Part shown: piece by piece, positions 30,230 to 32,000 of the stretch
How the letters are laid out: each line of letters begins with the position of its first letter
Position numbering within the stretch: the stretch's first letter is position 1
Assembly: GCF_000283555.1 (NCBI RefSeq)
Contig: NC_016012.1
Location: 150,001-182,000, forward strand
Direction: 5' to 3'
DNA length: 32,000 nucleotides
Origin: Candidatus Arthromitus sp. SFB-rat-Yit
Lineage (GTDB): Bacteria; Bacillota; Clostridia; Clostridiales; Clostridiaceae
Notes under the pieces: generated by a model
Told to the model about the DNA's origin: nothing
The model's input: only the letters and a program-made list of their open reading frames with translations
The model's database searches: none
Translations under genes and position numbers: made by a program

Positions 30230-30879
30230 GAACCACTAAGATAGAATGGACTGACAGGACGTGGAATCCAGTAACGGGCTGCACAAAGTTTTCAACTGGA
30301 TGCGCTCATTGCTATGCGGAAACAATGGTAAACAGGCTTCGAGCTATGGGCGTTGCAAAGTATGCTAACGGATTTATGCCGACAATGCATGAGGCTTCGT
30401 TATACGAACCCATTAAGTGGAAACAACCCCATACCATATTTGTTTGCTCAATGGCCGACCTTTTTCACGATGAAGTGCCACTCGATTTTATTGATAGTGT
30501 TATGAATACGATAAGGCAAACACCACGTCATCGTTATCAAATCCTTACAAAACGTGCAGAACGAATGGCTGAGTATTTTACGCGGACTGATATCCCCCAA
30601 AATGTGTGGCTCGGAGTAACAGTAGAATCGTCGTCGGTTAAACATCGCATCGAATCGCTCCGCCCTTTGCAAGCCTCCGTTCGATTCCTTTCATGTGAGC
30701 CTTTGGTAGAAGATATAGGTGAACTCGACCTTGCGGATGCAGAAGAGCAAGGTGCAGCATTCTTCTTCAAACAGTGGGGCACTTGGGGTTCAGACGGAGT
30801 CAAGCGTAATAAGAAAGCTAACGGTAAAGCACTCGATGGCAAAATTATTCAAATGATGCCACAATTGAACATGCGCTAA
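30226..30879 (+). CDS. DUF5131 / phage Gp37-Gp68 family three-Cys protein, probably with an internal in-frame deletion
   Basis: TKIEWTDRTWNPVTGCTKFSTGCAHCYAE, SMADLFHDEVP, QILTKRAERM, FLSCEPL, FFFKQWG. 217 aa. The WVIVGGESG-type segment expected between SCEPL and FFFKQWG is missing. Confidence 0.75.
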   Translation: MRTTKIEWTDRTWNPVTGCTKFSTGCAHCYAETMVNRLRAMGVAKYANGFMPTMHEASLYEPIKWKQPHTIFVCSMADLFHDEVPLDFIDSVMNTIRQTPRHRYQILTKRAERMAEYFTRTDIPQNVWLGVTVESSSVKHRIESLRPLQASVRFLSCEPLVEDIGELDLADAEEQGAAFFFKQWGTWGSDGVKRNKKANGKALDGKIIQMMPQLNMR

Positions 30880-30882
30880 CTT

Positions 30883-30925
30883 AAACACGTTTTACGAGTT
30901 TGAAAATTACAGCAAACGTGTTTTT
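30883..30925 (+). terminator. putative terminator after the DUF5131 gene
   Basis: 10-bp stem AAACACGTTT (30883-30892) / AAACGTGTTT (30914-30923) with a 21-nt loop, followed by a T-run. Confidence 0.45.
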
Positions 30926-31139
30926 ATAGAAAAGGGATATTGAAGGGTTGGTAATCCATGTAATATACTTTGTGAAGTTAATGACTATAATAAAGAATAT
31001 TATTTATAAAATAGGTTAACTATATTTTATAAATATTAATTAATAGTGAATAAAATAAACAAAATAACCAATAATAATAATTGTTTATTAAGAATTTAAA
31101 ATAATTTTCTTTACATAACTAAAAAAGGAGGAAAGAAGA

Positions 31140-32000
31140 TTGGGGAAAACGGTTAGAAGGTCCAAATGGCTTTCATTATTTTTATGTTTTATATTCGTTT
31201 TTGAGTTTTTGGTTTTTAATTCAAATATAAACGTAAAAGAAGTTAAGGCACAAGAGAGAGCTGCAATACTTGATATAAATTCTATCAGAGTAATAAATTT
31301 TGATTTATCAATCAAAAATCAAGAAGCTATATTTGATTTTAATAATTTTTTAGGGAGTGGAGACAAAATTGAGGAATTTAAACTTAAAAAGGTTGAAGGC
31401 AGTAAAAAAACAGATATAGCAACAAGTGTCGTAGATGATACTAAAAGAAAGTGGAAAGCAAAATTCATTCCAATTAATGGGGATACTTATTTGATAGAGA
31501 TGCTTGCAAATATTGGGGGAGCTCAGAAGAAATTAATTCAAGAGATTTTTTATAACGATTGGAGTTATGGAAAAGAGCCAATAATGAAATATACTCAAAA
31601 AAATAATAAGTATATTGCAGAAGCTGAACTTAATCATAGTTTTATAGATTCTTTCAATGATAATGAAGTAGCAACTATACGTATTGCAGGATTCTCAGTT
31701 ATTAATAAAACTATTAAAGAGATTAAAGATGCTAAGTATAAAATTAGTGTAGAAGATGATAGAGACATATTGGGGAATAATAATGGATTTAATTTTTACT
31801 TTGATATTTTAGATAGAAGATATCACTGGAAATTATTTACAACTATTACTGGAGGCAAACATGACTTTGGTACGGTTGTAATTGATTTAGAGTCTGTAGG
31901 ATTTAAAAATAATACAGATAATATTGATTTTAAGATTAAGTTTAAAGAACATACAACACTTAAAGATAAGACGTTTAATACAAATGATGTGTTTAGAATA
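31140..32000 (+). CDS. secreted protein of unknown function, 3'-truncated by the window edge (absent from the ORF track)
   Basis: AGGAGG at 31126-31131, then TTG 8 nt later. I checked all 287 codons to position 32000 and found no stop. Signal-peptide-like N-terminus MGKTVRRSKWLSLFLCFIFVFEFLVFNSNINVKEVKA. Confidence 0.75.
   Translation, partial: MGKTVRRSKWLSLFLCFIFVFEFLVFNSNINVKEVKAQERAAILDINSIRVINFDLSIKNQEAIFDFNNFLGSGDKIEEFKLKKVEGSKKTDIATSVVDDTKRKWKAKFIPINGDTYLIEMLANIGGAQKKLIQEIFYNDWSYGKEPIMKYTQKNNKYIAEAELNHSFIDSFNDNEVATIRIAGFSVINKTIKEIKDAKYKISVEDDRDILGNNNGFNFYFDILDRRYHWKLFTTITGGKHDFGTVVIDLESVGFKNNTDNIDFKIKFKEHTTLKDKTFNTNDVFRI

Larger units (their letters stand above)
27703..30960. mobile_element. 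degraded integrated element / genomic islet next to ssrA
   Basis: Abrupt switch to GC-richer sequence and GC-ending codons (CGC, CGG, GCC, CTG). Contains a serine-recombinase remnant and other truncated genes. AT-rich host-like sequence resumes near 30960. Confidence 0.75.

Noticed and set aside
30448-30842. Minus-strand ORFs 30448..30672 and 30537..30842
   Set aside because: They are antisense to the DUF5131 gene, which has strong family motifs and an RBS. Nothing supports them independently.
30880-31000. Searched for a duplicated ssrA 3' end (…CAACTCCCCTCGCCTCCACCA) marking attR
   Set aside because: No copy or recognisable fragment is present at the right boundary or anywhere else in the window.
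31088-31315. 75-aa minus-strand ORF
   Set aside because: It is antisense to the 287-codon open + strand ORF, which has an RBS and a signal peptide.

Overview
Very AT-rich, Clostridia-like Firmicutes chromosomal window, densely coding and mostly housekeeping. Left to right: a polar amino-acid ABC transporter (minus strand); cardiolipin synthase; a 1298-aa membrane-anchored GH2 beta-galactosidase with a ~218-aa LamG/ConA-like insertion; a frameshifted GNAT gene; a BMP-family (NupNOPQ-like) ABC operon plus a second divergent lipoprotein; the glycolytic gap-pgk-tpiA-gpmI-eno operon with no cggR upstream; aroE-aroQ-(chorismate mutase::aroK); then secG-rnr-smpB-ssrA. Right after the tmRNA terminator (~27703), composition and codon usage switch to a GC-richer foreign block of ~3.2 kb, ending ~30960. 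This block is a graveyard of mobile-element parts. It holds an intact PadR + multi-pass membrane protein operon bracketed by direct repeats of a recombinase 3' flank, and the last ~155 codons of a large serine recombinase with an in-frame stop. It also holds the 3' end of a TcmP-like gene translationally coupled to a DUF5131 (Gp37/Gp68 three-Cys) gene that appears to carry an internal deletion. The window ends in an open ORF for a secreted protein that the ORF track does not list. I saw no rRNA, tRNA or CRISPR. Sequence alone does not show a complete novel system here. The best follow-up candidates are the ssrA-island cargo, its repeat architecture and the GH2-LamG enzyme.
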